The notes under the pieces were generated by a model, which made no database searches, was not told the DNA's origin, and saw only the letters and a program-made list of their open reading frames with translations. DNA of 64,000 nt from Phoronis australis (lineage: Eukaryota > Animalia > Phoronida): contig NMRA01000458.1 of NCBI GenBank assembly GCA_002633005.1, forward strand, positions 208,260-272,259, in the 5' to 3' direction. The position numbers and the translations under genes are program-made. Positions 27,871 to 40,800 of the stretch are shown in pieces. Every line of letters starts with the position of its first letter. The stretch's first letter is position 1.

Positions 27871-29074
27871 GAGCAAAACTTCGCCGAAGTTATCAGTAGA
27901 GGTCATGGCAATGATATACAATCACCCGAGACTCGCAGAACATGTTCTTTGTTAATGTGCTCTCAATAGACACACGTAAATAAATAAATAAAAGAAAGCA
28001 TATCTGATGAAGAATGACACTAATCATTTTCACTTGTAAATGGCAGAACAATTTCCAGTTAGCCTCGAACCCACTACTCAATATTCGATTGAGAGTACGA
28101 ATGAACTTTTTTTCAGTGTTCCGACACCCATGGGCTATGGGCGGTGCACCACAGGGGGGCTGCGGGCTATAACCCCCCACTTTTTTCAGTGCTGTGTCGC
28201 CCATGTTCAAGGAGAAGTTTGTTATTCAGGATAGATCCCCTTTGTACTCAAATTCAAGATTGAAATGCCACAATTGTGAATACAGAGGGTAATCTCAACA
28301 TCTGGGGCATGCCCTTCGTTTAAGCACCTGGGGTGTTCTCATTTTGAATAACAGAAATGCATTGATAAGACAATAAAAACAAATTGGTCATAGTGTCTTG
28401 CTCCTAGTTAATGGACTGGTTCTAGTAGTTAAGGCATATAAGCAAGGGGTGTGACACAAACCATCAATTGTTTATAGTCCCCTTGGGAGTGTGATCGCTA
28501 GCTTGTGACTCAAGAGAATGGTAATCACACAGCAATAGCTCACTGGCAATAGTAGCCTAGCTGGCAACTTGATTACCCTGTGTTGTGCAGAATGAATGGT
28601 GAAGTAGACCTGACAATTTAATCAGCACAAGACAGTTGAGAATTGGCACCACATGCTTTAACACTAATCGGGTTAAGCATGAAGGTGAATTAATCATCAG
28701 AAATCCAGTTACTGTACTGTTTGAAACATAATAGTGAAAAGATTGAAGTAAAGAGTACCTTGAACATCTATTTGGGAAGCCAAACCAGTTGAGTATAGGC
28801 AAGTAAATCATGATCCACTCCATATAACAAAACAGAAATGAAGCCATAATCTGGTACATTCATTACTGAATTACAAGAGCTTAAAACTAAACAAATCAAT
28901 TTAACTTTAAAGAAAAATGTCTTTGTATACAATTATAGCTCATTAGAAGCAAGTGTCCAGTAAGACAAGTTTGGCGAGCCCACACTACTGCCATACATTA
29001 TAAACATAGCAAGTGATGTCACAATGTTACTGAACCAGCTCTTGATGTTGAAATCTGGCGAGCCTAAGTCTTAC

Positions 29075-29202
29075 CTTGGTGAAAGGCAAACGACAATTGT
29101 AAAGGAGACATCTGGAGGGTGTTGCCAGCAACGGTAGCATCACGTTCTAAGTTACAGTAGCTCACTGCTCGGTCTTCAGCCAGCACACTCAGGAGGTACA
29201 GT
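29075..29202 (-). CDS. MDN1: MDN1 linker exon (LYLLSVLAED...LSFAFHQG)
   Basis: Open frame, cttctag / GTAAGA, phase 2 to 1; isolated between two ~15-kb introns. Confidence 0.82.
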
Positions 29203-31514
29203 CTAGAAGTAAACAACAGTGTGCATTATATGATCTCATCAATTTATCACACAATATGGCAGTCAAGAAAAATTTTGGTTTTCTCATATTTTTCATAACA
29301 GATATTTAGCACTAAATTAGTGATTTACCGAGTTTATGTCCTGAACAGTAGCTGTCACCAGACATTTTGGGCATTCGCAATAAGAAAAGTAAAAGGGTCA
29401 ATTTTGGCAATTATCAAATATGTTGTCCGAAAATGTCGAAATTTTACTGTAAGAACTGGGGCATTGCTTTCAAAACTGGCAATGTTTTCAATATCCCTCC
29501 AACACCCATGTGGGCCGCAAATATAAGATAAGGTCTATAGTCTCAGACCTCTAGAGTGCGAAGCACCACTTTGTAACAATAGGTTGAGCAATTCATGGAT
29601 GTTTCTTACTGAAGCGTGACTTAAAATGTTTAGAAATATAGTAAAAATCACTTCTACCCAAATTGCGATACACTTGACGGGCATGGTAGTTCAAGGTTTT
29701 CTCCACTTGTTTTGCAACAATCATGATACATAAAGGATAGCAGGAAAAAATAAGGTGAAATCAGACAACTTTTTACAAGTTACAGCAAATCAATGGACAC
29801 TTGAATCAATTCTCCATAATCAAGCCAGAACATCCACAAGTATTTCTTAATAGAGTTGCACTTCAATTTAATATAACCTCCTTTAGGAATTCATTTGCAC
29901 CTTAATTAGATTTTGTGCTCCACTGCAAGTTTGATTGCAGGGCAAAAATGCATGGCAAAAAGGTAATAGATGTAATTTTACAATTTTACACAATTTACTT
30001 CCGAAGTCTTACGTGCAAACTACAACACTGTTAGTCCACTGAATGTATATAATTATGACGACACTAGTAAAAGAGACTATATCATAAACCATACATTAAC
30101 CGTTTCTAATTTTAAAACTATTTTACTTCCACTGTGCTGTCATACCCGGGACATGTTGAACATAAAAAAGACTTATATGCATGGTGTGTGGATGAGCTGC
30201 ATTCAAAGGAAAGTATTTCAACCTTCTGTTACCGGAGAACCCAATGATGCAGTCAACCGCTGCCAACTTACTGTTGGCTTCTTGTTATGTAGCAGATCGC
30301 GTGGCAAATTTCCAACATACTTTGGAAATTTCGTAACTCAGATATTCTAATCCAAGTTAGTATCAAATATTATAGAATAATAAACTTCAAAAAAATTTTA
30401 TATCAAAGTGACATCGATGAGAGTGAAATTGCTAGTTTAAGAGACATTATTCAATGGGTGAGAGAGAGGGGAGAGCTTTCAATGAATTTCCAAGTTACTG
30501 CACTTGTCATAAAAATAATGAGGCTTGGTGTCCATATCAAGTAGAATGCTTGGAAACACATCCAGTTGACTGACTTCTAATTTTGGCCAATGAGAGCGGT
30601 TGACGCTACTCTTACAGGTAAGGCGATAAGGCTAGCATTTAGCCAGACAGATGTGCTGATGGGGTCAATAAGTGGTGTCCTTACCATCCAATTCTTTTAA
30701 AGCAAAAATTGACATCAAAACATGCTCACTCTCTGTAATAAATTGATTAAAATAACAAAAAAACTTGGACCTCCTTCCCCTGCAAAAGAACATCCCTTTG
30801 AAGTAATGAGCAATCTTGCTATGAAAGTCCTACCAAAAATGCCAGCAGTTTTGAGGTAACACAAACCAGCAGCAAAGTGCCAGCAAAAGTGGCTCTTGCA
30901 ACCGTTCACATTACTGGAATTTTTCACTACTGGAGATGACATTTTAGACACTCTGTGATCCAAGTAATAAAAAGCTACGAGTATTTAGAATCTTTATACA
31001 TCAGTGAATCAGTAGGCAACCATGTCACTGTAGTTATGGAGATGTCAGCGCTGTTGATATGATCTATATTGTTGATGTTAACAACTGTGGGACTGTACGT
31101 CTAGTATACCGGGAATTAATTCATAAAACTTTAAATGTGATGCATATAGTTTAGAAAAAAGAGTGCAGACAGTCTGATGCAGGACTCATAGTTGGGCCCA
31201 TTGCATGAAACACCAAGAACTAAGAGTACATGAGAATCTGGATATCAATCAACATTTAGCTTAGAAAGGTTGGTATTCACCTCTTTCACGAACGCGGGGC
31301 GCTGCTGTCGTGTTGATCGAAAACGAGGCGCCTTGACAAACATGGCATCGTCCTGCAAGGTGTTGTGGTCAAAGGACTTATCAACGTTACCAAAAATCAA
31401 GTTGTCTGATGTTGAATCGATCTCCAAAAAACATCCAATACTTACGGCAACTAGAATTTTACCCTCCTCAGCCATTCCTTAGTAGTTTTCCCTCTTTTGA
31501 AAAAGTGTGGAAGT

Positions 31515-33268
31515 CAGGGATATAAGGCTTTTAGTCTTGAAAAACCCTGCTCGCCAGCTGGGCGAGTGCCGGAGCCAGAAAATCTACTCGCCAAGCCCGA
31601 AGTTCGGTCACCCGGCCGTTGGCGCCAGTCACCACAAACTTGCTGCTAATTTAAATAAAAATCATCGTTTCGTGCACTGATGTCACCATTTATTAGGGCT
31701 ACCGTATTCGCTCTAATAAGCGCCCAGGGGGACTGTTTTTGTAGCAGTTAAAACCTGGTCTCCGAAACGGGTGAAATCGGAAGCTAGGATTCATCAAATT
31801 TACGCGCTGTGACGTATGTGTAACCTATGACAGACTAGCTACAAAACTGTGGTGCATTGCTATCAAACTCAGTTGTTAAATTACGATCTTTTTAAAAAAA
31901 TGTGCTGAAATCCCAGGGCGAAAACTTGCCGACTGACTGGATGCGTCGCTGCTTCGCGATCGTCGATAGGACAACTTGAATTCTTGAGTAAAAATAGTTT
32001 CGACTCAAATTACCTGAAATCCTCCCAAATAGCCTTTCCTAAGATTCTTAAGTTCCTGTGGACTCGGAGTCGGGATTAACCGCAGATTAAGTCAAAATCT
32101 AGTGCGCTAGATCGCACCCCGCAACGAGAAAAATCTGGACGAACAAATATGTTGTTTCACGTGACGTTTGTATTGAAGTGAATCAGCTGGTATGCACCGA
32201 ATGAGCGAGCGCGTGCGTGTCATCAGTGTTCATTTGCCATAGTAGCAGGCCCAATGAGCTGTATAATGTAGTATATTTATCTCATTGAGCAGGCCCACAT
32301 GTTATATGTGGGCCCTAGCGCGCGCTTCTTGGCCAAGTTTCGATTCGCAATTTTTATAATTTTTCGTGTACATTTAAACAATCTGGATTCCTGTTGTGGG
32401 AGAAGATCTGTACGGGAAAGATACAATACCAATCCCGTTGACCTGAGTACGCTGCGTCTGTTCTGATCAGGGCCAGACCATGTAGTGTGACACTTTCCTC
32501 GCAAGATCAGCAAATCTTTTGCGTTCTTTTGGAAGCACTGCGGAATGGTTTGAAGTGTACAGCCACGGCTAAATACCGACATAGCGGCGCGGCTCGTGGT
32601 CTACTAGAAATTACGCGCACAATGATTTTTCAGAACTGTCGGATATTATTGATAAATTGAATACATTTACTGTAGAATTTTAGAACTGTGAGGTAAGACA
32701 TTTTTCGCACTGATATATACACATTCATGGACTGGGCGCTTATTTTAGCGAAGTCTGAAAACGAGTGGGGACGCTTATAGGGGCATGGGCGCTTATTAGG
32801 ACGAATGTTATAAAAATAATTTTGGCTAAAATGACATTGTACATTACAATAAGAAATCAGTTCCAAGAAATATGGTATTTTATTTGCTATGAGCACATGG
32901 ACCGGTCTTCCACCTTTCTCCCCTTTTCTTCGTTTCGGACTAGTCCACAAATTCTTTGTGCACGACCACACACTGTGTTTTTTTGACGAATCGCGTAACG
33001 GGTGACATGTACTGAATCGGTAGGGTCGCACTGCGCCGATGTTTTTTACTGCCGGAGCATCGACACGATGACCAAACTGAACCTTAAATTCATGATAAAA
33101 ACAGCACAAGGAGGAGGAAAATTATTCATATTCATCTGGGAAACGATATATAGTGCTTTTGCGCTCTGAAATTCGCTCGCCACCGGGCGACCGGCAAGTC
33201 AACTTCTACTCGCCCAGCACCATTTTTACTCGCATTGGCGACTGGGCGAGTGGCTAAGTATATCCCTG
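31515..33268. mobile_element. hAT-like non-autonomous element carrying a nested MITE
   Basis: TIR CAGGGATATA...TATATCCCTG; subterminal CTCGCC / GGCGAG repeats at both ends; flanks ggaagt / ggaagg. Confidence 0.75.
31700..32810. mobile_element. Tc1/mariner-pogo-like MITE nested in the hAT-like element
   Basis: Left TACCGTATTCGCTCTAATAAGCGCCC; right GGGCGCTTATTAGGACGAAT(gtta). Confidence 0.7.
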
Positions 33269-34543
33269 GGAAGGATACCGACGAGATATTACTGGAATTG
33301 GTACGTTCAGGCACTGCACAGTACACCATGGCCAGCTGATGATCACTCACGAGGTTTTATCAGTGTGCCTCGTTTTCGATCAGTATTTAAAGATGGCGCG
33401 GGAAGATGGCGCTTTCGTGAAATAGGTGAATAAGACTTCTGTGCTTGTTAATAGATTGCTTCTGATTATGTAATGACTAGAAAGCATTTCTCTCTCTTAA
33501 AAGCATTTAAAGCAACAATAAACCCTCGACTTCCATCAACAATGCAAGCTTAGATTTAGGCTACCTTTCGTTATGAAAAATTACCGGTAATTTTGTTTTG
33601 TTCCTCTTCCAGTTTAGACGTGAGCTCTGGGCGCCAGAACAACTGGCAGTCTGTTATATCTTCACACCGTAGCTCATAAAATTTTAGGCCATGTCATGAC
33701 ATGAAATTTTATAAGCTTAGTATAAAGAAATGATGATGATGTCACAGTGACTTCTTTTGAATCCCTGAAACCACCTCTCATTTGACCAAGTGGCTAAATC
33801 AAAAGTTGCTTTTTTGTGATTGAAGTCAATTTACAGCCACTTCAACATATTAAACATTAAGACTATTGTATTTCTTACACTCCCAAAATTCTCTCTTCAG
33901 CGTTTAGAAATGCTAATTTCCTATGCTTTATCAGTAGCAATCAAGTCCACAAGAGAAGCTTAGATGGGAACCATTGATGTGAATCAACAACATGACGTGG
34001 CAAGACAATTCAAATTTAAGCTGAAATATCGCTGTGATAGCTAACGTTATAAATAATTTTGTAAACCCTATACGTCAAGTCAGTTTCACAATTGACTCAA
34101 AATAAATTTTATAATCTATGCACCAACTCCTGTTATATTCATTGATCCGTCAGTTGCTTTTAATACGAAATTAAAGGTTTAATATTTAGATTTCCTGTGA
34201 TTAACCAACACATTGAGCAACAGTGAGGAGTTTCTATCGATACCTAATGACAGACTAGATATTCACTGGGTGGCGTTAATGAAGACCCGAGTCTTGTTAT
34301 TATCTACATAGAATGAAAGCAAAGTTCTTCACCAACATTGCCACCTTCAATGATTAAGTGTCTCCCATTTGACTACTATGAATATATAGGTGGGGCTGTT
34401 GACACCTGGACATTTTTGAGCTTAAAGTCAATGCTTCTAGAAATTGTTTGGAGATTTTCCTTTCAAAGTGAAATCAATTTTACTGAGATGTAGGTTCAAT
34501 ACTCAAACATATACAAGAAGTAACATGGCTCCATGTTCAAAGT

Positions 34544-34887
34544 GTACATCCCAGGGCATACACACCCACGGGTTAGTTCTCAATATGTGCATCACAGGGC
34601 ATACTCACCCACAGGTTAGTTCTCAATATGTACATCACAGGGCATACTCACCCACAGGTTAGTTCTCAATATGTACATCACAGGGCATACTCACCCACAG
34701 GTTAGTTCTCAATATGTACATCACAGGGCATACTCACCCACAGGTTAGTTCTAAATATGTACATCCCAGGGCATACTCACCCACAGGTTAGTTCTCAATA
34801 TGTACATCACAGGGCATACACACCCACGGGTTAGTTCTCAATATGTGCATCTCAGGGCATACTCACCCACAGGTTAGTTCTCAATAT
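34544..34887. repeat. 43-bp minisatellite, ~8 copies
   Basis: cacagggcatactcacccacaggttagttctcaatatgtacat unit; contiguous units with no unique spacers. Confidence 0.95.
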
Positions 34888-35095
34888 CTGTCGCATGAAT
34901 ATACAGTCGTGTCCATTAAAAAACTTGCCACAGCAAACTGACCCCACTAAGCCAGTGTCCACACTACACACCCCACACCATGCGATAAATATGACGTAAA
35001 ATGATGACACCCTTATTTTGGTAACTGAGCAAGCACACACTCAGGTGGTAATTATCTCTGTCTTGTCAGTAGGTACACCTTGCGCTGGGCCTAAA

Positions 35096-35490
35096 GTGCC
35101 ATCCACACACAGGCTTACCCAAAAACAAATTACTCATGGAAAGAGTTGTCACAAGATGAGAGGGCTGTGTGGACACTATTTAAGTGCAGTTTGCCCCAAT
35201 TGTGACAACTTACTCACCTTAACGAGGTACGCTAACTTGCTCTTGAGAGTGCGCCACTTCTAATCGCTACATGGCCGCAAACCTGGGGCAAGGCGGAAGT
35301 AATAAACAGCTGCTGTTACATATGGACGGGTCTTCTTTTGCTCTGCGTATTCGCATCAGCTATTCATTGTCTGCACAAAACGACAACTTCCGCCTCACCC
35401 TAGTTATCGAATATGTGTACGGTCCACTCAAAAGTGGGGTAACTTGCACTAGTGCAAGTTGTTCTAGGGTAGGCTGTGTGTGGATGGGAC
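35096..35490. mobile_element. MITE, possibly PIF/Harbinger-like
   Basis: IR gtgccatccacacacaggcttaccc / gggtaggctgtgtgtggatgggac. Confidence 0.65.
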
Positions 35491-35857
35491 AAGCTATCCA
35501 ACCTTGATAAGGTGGGGCAAGTCGTCACATGTGTCAAGTTGCCCCAAAGCAGGTAGCATACACAAGACTACTGAGCCTAGCAACAACTCGTTCCAGGAGT
35601 AACTTTTTTTAGGATAATTTGTTGTTTGGACAGCACTTTAGTATGACCACTTAGGGCTTTGCAATAAATATCATAACTGGAACAATCGAAATAACATTTT
35701 CCACCTGATAAGAATTATATGGGTTATTTGAAATTTAGACGAAACAACGTATTATGGTACAATTTTACATTGACAAAACTGTTAACTGAAATGTAACAAG
35801 TAAATCAAACCCCTTCGACAGAACCGGCAATATTTTAATTACCTAGCACAAAAGCCG

Positions 35858-35930
35858 CTACACAACAACACCATTGACTCCCTCAGGTATTGTCTACACA
35901 ACAACACCATTGGCTCCCTCAGGTATTGTC
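35858..35930. repeat. 36-bp tandem duplication
   Basis: ctacacaacaacaccattgactccctcaggtattgt x2, one mismatch. Confidence 0.85.
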
Positions 35931-37679
35931 TTGAAAATGTGGATTATATTCTTCCCTTATTTAAAGATTTAAAGCGCCATCATACAAGTCTCTTTACTGA
36001 AAAAAAATCCAGAAAATTTTTTGCAAAAACCTTTGTTTTTGAGTGAATCTTTGGCCTAATCCGAAAAACTTTCAAGATTCCAAAAAAAAAAATTGCAAAA
36101 AGACTTCCTCATTATGTGGCATAACACAATTTCATCTGTCAACATATTGTGTTGGTCCACATTTTGACTTCTCCAAGACTCACCCCTATTTTTCAGGACA
36201 AAACTCACAGGGGGCTGAGACAATTTGTACTTATTAATACAAGGCACAATTAATTTTGCAATTAACTAAGAAAGGGTGCATTGGACATAAAATATTTCCT
36301 TCAACCTGTACACCTTGACCTAAGCCCTAAATAATTCTGCAAAACACGGAATTATTTATGCAAACTACCAAAGCACGCAAACTCTTAATTGATAATTACT
36401 CACCATGGAATAAAATCTTTATTAAATACTTGTCTACAGGCAGTTTTTAGACTTGCTAAGACCTACACACACGAAAAGAGTATTCACTCAGGAGACACAA
36501 GGAATTAATGCAATTTGTTGGTTTCAGTTAATTGGCTTTGTAGCCCAGTGATTCTAATCAGGCGGTGATGCTTTCTGTTGAACCAAGGACCAAGTTTATA
36601 GGGAGATACGTTATGCGTTAGCCACGATACAAAATACTATCTAAAGATTTAAGGACAGCACCCACTGTGCACACACAACAGTTTGTCGCCCTTTACAAGA
36701 TTTTGCTCTTTCCGGGTAAGTTTTATTGCTAAATGAAATAATGTAATGCTCACTCTGCTGAGTTTTGCTAAATTCTAAGTTGATAACTGCATAAGAACAA
36801 AGCAGGTAACCGAAACAATGTAGATTAAAAGGGCATGAAATGTGTACCTTCTGTCAACAACCAAGTCTTATCTTAGGGTACTTACAAAATCTCTCAGATT
36901 GTTCCTTACACAGATTAGTAATAATTTCAATGCTTGAGAAGAACTGACAGGATATTATTGCTTCAGATGAGGCCAACTAAGATGTTGGTTACCAGCATTA
37001 GTTTGAGTTACCAAGGCAGTATGGCCGCCTAGGGAATCTTAAGCGATTTATTAAACCAATTTCATTGAACATGAAGGATAACGAGATGAGGTTGCTGTGG
37101 AAGAGCAAAATACTCCTGTGATCAAAAATTGAACCTGAACATAGTTTACAACGGCTATAAATACCGAGTTGCATGCGATTTCAACAGTTATTGAGAACTT
37201 ACAATGAAGCCATCAGTACCTTCAAGGTCAACCTAGTGAAATCCATAAAAATCCGCACTTGCCACGATCTGGAGGCGAGCGAAACTCCGCCATTCAAGAT
37301 ACACTGTGAATTTGGAAGTGAGATACACACAGGAATGATTGAATACTTAGGACATCTATTTTTGACTGTGCTTAGTATTTGACAGGGAGTGACAGTTGGG
37401 TAAACACAGATACAGAACAACGAGCATGGAATATTGGGATAAGTAAAATTTCTGTAAATTAAAAATACGCAAGTTAAAATTTGTACAAATTACTGAGTAA
37501 TGCTCCTGCCGCTGGAAAAGTTCACTATAGCAAACATTCAGCTAAAAAACTACGGATTACCACACTCCTGCCTGTTAAGTGCCATCTTTTGCATTTTTGA
37601 TTAATTAATTGCGGGTTTTTATTCTTAGACAATGTTGATTAGTACAGTTCGGTAGCAGCCCTTTGTTAAGACAAACTTC

Positions 37680-37823
37680 GTTGAAAACACGACTAAACTT
37701 TTTGTTTGAAAGCCTGATACTGAGTTGCTCGTAGTGTGGAAACCTGGAGAAAGGAGATTGTTTCGACACTATGAGCAACTCAGTATCAAGCTTTCAAACA
37801 AAAAGTTTAGTCGTGTTTTCAAC
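37680..37823. repeat. Near-perfect inverted repeat (64-bp arms, 16-nt loop)
   Basis: gttgaaaacacgactaaactttttgtttgaaagc...gctttcaaacaaaaagtttagtcgtgttttcaac; about 3 mismatches. Confidence 0.9.
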
Positions 37824-40800
37824 AATGTTCATTGTACATTTTTTCATGGTGACTTACTATGTTTTGCCCAATAATTAAAATTCAAAGTCTATTAAACAAG
37901 TGATGTTTCTCAGGGAAATGAGGTGGCAACTCTCAGAAACTGTCACTATGGTAACCGGGTAGTAAAACATGAAGCGCAGGTGCACAATATCACAAATCAG
38001 CTGAGGAACGCATTGTATGAATTCAAAAGTTTTGAATGTTTATTAATCAAAATGCATGGATTTCTTACGACTTATTTTGAACAGGCAGCAAGGCCAGCGT
38101 TGGTTTGCTGCCAAATGAACTTATAACGAGTTGTCAGTAGCCACAGTAGCTGCCTGGCAATTGCTTCTATATTTTGATCCCGGTTTCATGCAAGGGCAAT
38201 GATAGAAGAAAATACATTAACAGATTTAGGAAGATTTTTCCTCTAATTTATCACTACAACAGGTCCTTTAGCTGAAATTTGTCATACTTTTGCGATGAGT
38301 CAGGGCACTTGGAGCTGGTTGCGGGAAGTGCAACGTATTCATCATTTCAATTTAAAATTTTCAAGTGTTTCAATTAGAATTAATGCCTTGAAATAAGGTC
38401 TTTCACCTCACTGAAGATAACACATAGGAAATTACATCAGGTCCGTAGGGGTTTAGAAAAAATCCTCTTTTAATCAATTTGGAAATGCTTAATGCTTTCA
38501 AAACGCAAAAAAATCTGATATATAGTATTCTTCAATAATTTTCCACAAAACTAAAATTGCTTGACTTTAGTGCTTTGATTTTTCAAAGATAATAATGAAA
38601 AAAAAAAGATGTGACCAATTTTACAACATTTAATGATCTAAAGCCAAAGATGCTTTTTGGGCTTTTACTGCTTTTTAAAGCCACTACAACAAATTCTGGT
38701 GCCAAAAATGACTTTCTTCGCAGGCGAATTTGCTCTTCCAAAGCAACGTCACTGTAATCTTATCCTGGATGGTTGAATTAAAATTGGTAACAAAAAAATC
38801 ATCAGGAATTCACTCGACAGCCATTCTGGTTCATCAGTTGAAACTACACGGGCTGCCATGACAAGCAACCCTGATGAGTGCGCAGTCTGAAGTATTATCA
38901 GTCAGTTGTTTTCAAACCTAGAAATCCTTTCTCATCTAAGCAAGGGACAAGACCGAATTTATAGTCAGTGACCTAAATCACAAGTTGGTTTTTGATAGAT
39001 GGTATAGCTTTGTTACTCTTTAATAGAATTTTGAACTATATTTTGTTGAGAAATTTCACAAAACAAAATTCTATGTGTCCCTTCAAGAGCATGTTAAATA
39101 GGTGAAGAGTCATAGTATCAGTAGTTGAGGGAGGTTTGAGAAAAAGGATACAATAATTGACAATGTTGAAGACATTAATAATGTCAGGGTGTGTTTGTTT
39201 CTTGAGTAACTGCTGGGGGTAATTGGAGGTGAAGCCAGGAAGAAAATAATAAATTAATCATCAGTGTTCTTCAGGGATGAATGTTTTTGTTTCTAAGGTT
39301 TGACAGCCAGGATGATTAAGGTGAAACATAACTGCAGGAATGAACCATGATAGGGCAGCTGTGAGTGATAAGTATAGACTAGGGCAGTCATTAACATGGA
39401 TTTCATTCAATATAATTACACCACCAGGGATATTCCTGGACTGTGCCTTTGCTCCATTAGTGCATAAAAAATAAAAAGGCACATCTTTTAAAATGCAAAC
39501 ACTCTTCCAAAAGTGCAAGATTCTAGTCAACTTACAGCAAGTCAGATAAAACACGATTTTGTTCTTATTCTGATTGCCCTTGGGGTTTCTGTTTCATATG
39601 TTACCACTTTTTGCTGGGCACAGCTTTTTCAAAAAAGGCACACCTTCTATCATCAGGTGCGCACAAAGGGCACAGGCTCAAACCTAATAAGCAATATCCC
39701 TGCACCAGGAAGTCCAAAGAAATGGACTCTCCTGAAAAATCTGTCAATACAAAGACCGAAATCTTAGTTATCAAGCCATGCCTACAGAATACTGTAACAT
39801 AGAAAGTTCAAAAAGTTGCAAATGGTTTAGGTTAAAAATTGATTATTTAACTATAAATCTTTCTCAGGCCCAAAACTGCAGCTGGGCCAGTTACATGATA
39901 TTCACTTTCACAATAAAATAACTGCCAAATATCCATGGTAACAGAGTGGAAGTGTTGCCAGCAATGTGAGTTAAAAAGACAAAGTGGAGTATGGGGACTT
40001 AAATCCATGAACATTTACAGTTAAATAAAAGGAAAATTGAAAAAAATGTGAGCACAGTTGCAAACTCATTTATAGTGGAATGGTTTGCTGGAGGAACGAG
40101 TCTGTGGAAGGACGTTACTTAATAAATCTCGACTGGAAAACATGTGGATCTGCACTAATCGGACGGTTAACCAGTTTATAGATTTACACCTTATAGGTAA
40201 TCAATAGCTAAATACATGGCAATAACTCACAACTTACACATGACAAAACAGGCAGGTAATCTGAACTAGTATGCAATTCAACACAACTTCATTATATAGA
40301 TTAACAATGGTGTTAATTGCTCATTTGAAGAGCTTTACCCCAGGGAATGAGATGGTGAAACAGGCACACTTCGGCAATAGACTGGTTGGTGAAGTTTTAT
40401 GAAAACTTGTTAAAATATAGAGCCATTGTAGTACATGAATCCAGAAATACGCCTTGCATATCAAGAAGTGAATACTTTGTAATAATCATTTATTTGTTTA
40501 TTCAGCACTTGAATTCATCAGAGTTGTGACGGAAATCAAATTATTTTTCGGGCTTCACAAATACTAGCAACAAACTGTTCACCGCACCTTCCAAACAACT
40601 TGCTTTTTCTTCAGATTACCAGACATTCTGACTACACATAACTAAATCTAATTACGTAAACTCAATCGATGTTCCTATTAAATTGTTAGCTTATGTTGCG
40701 AATCTACTGATTACAAAACCGGTATTGATTGGGTAATTCTATTGGTCTTCAGAACCGGCTGTACTGTTAGTCGTGTGATAAGGACAGGATACAGATTGCA

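Noticed and set aside
34544-34887. 43-bp periodic array (and the 26-, 30- and ~64-bp arrays) as CRISPR-like
   Set aside because: Units are contiguous with no unique spacers, no cas genes are present, and the context is a eukaryotic intron; these are ordinary minisatellites.
40495-40535. Minus-strand CTGATGA + 5-bp stem resembling a hammerhead ribozyme core
   Set aside because: Lacks the GAAA box (reads TAAAC), and stems I and III could not be built.
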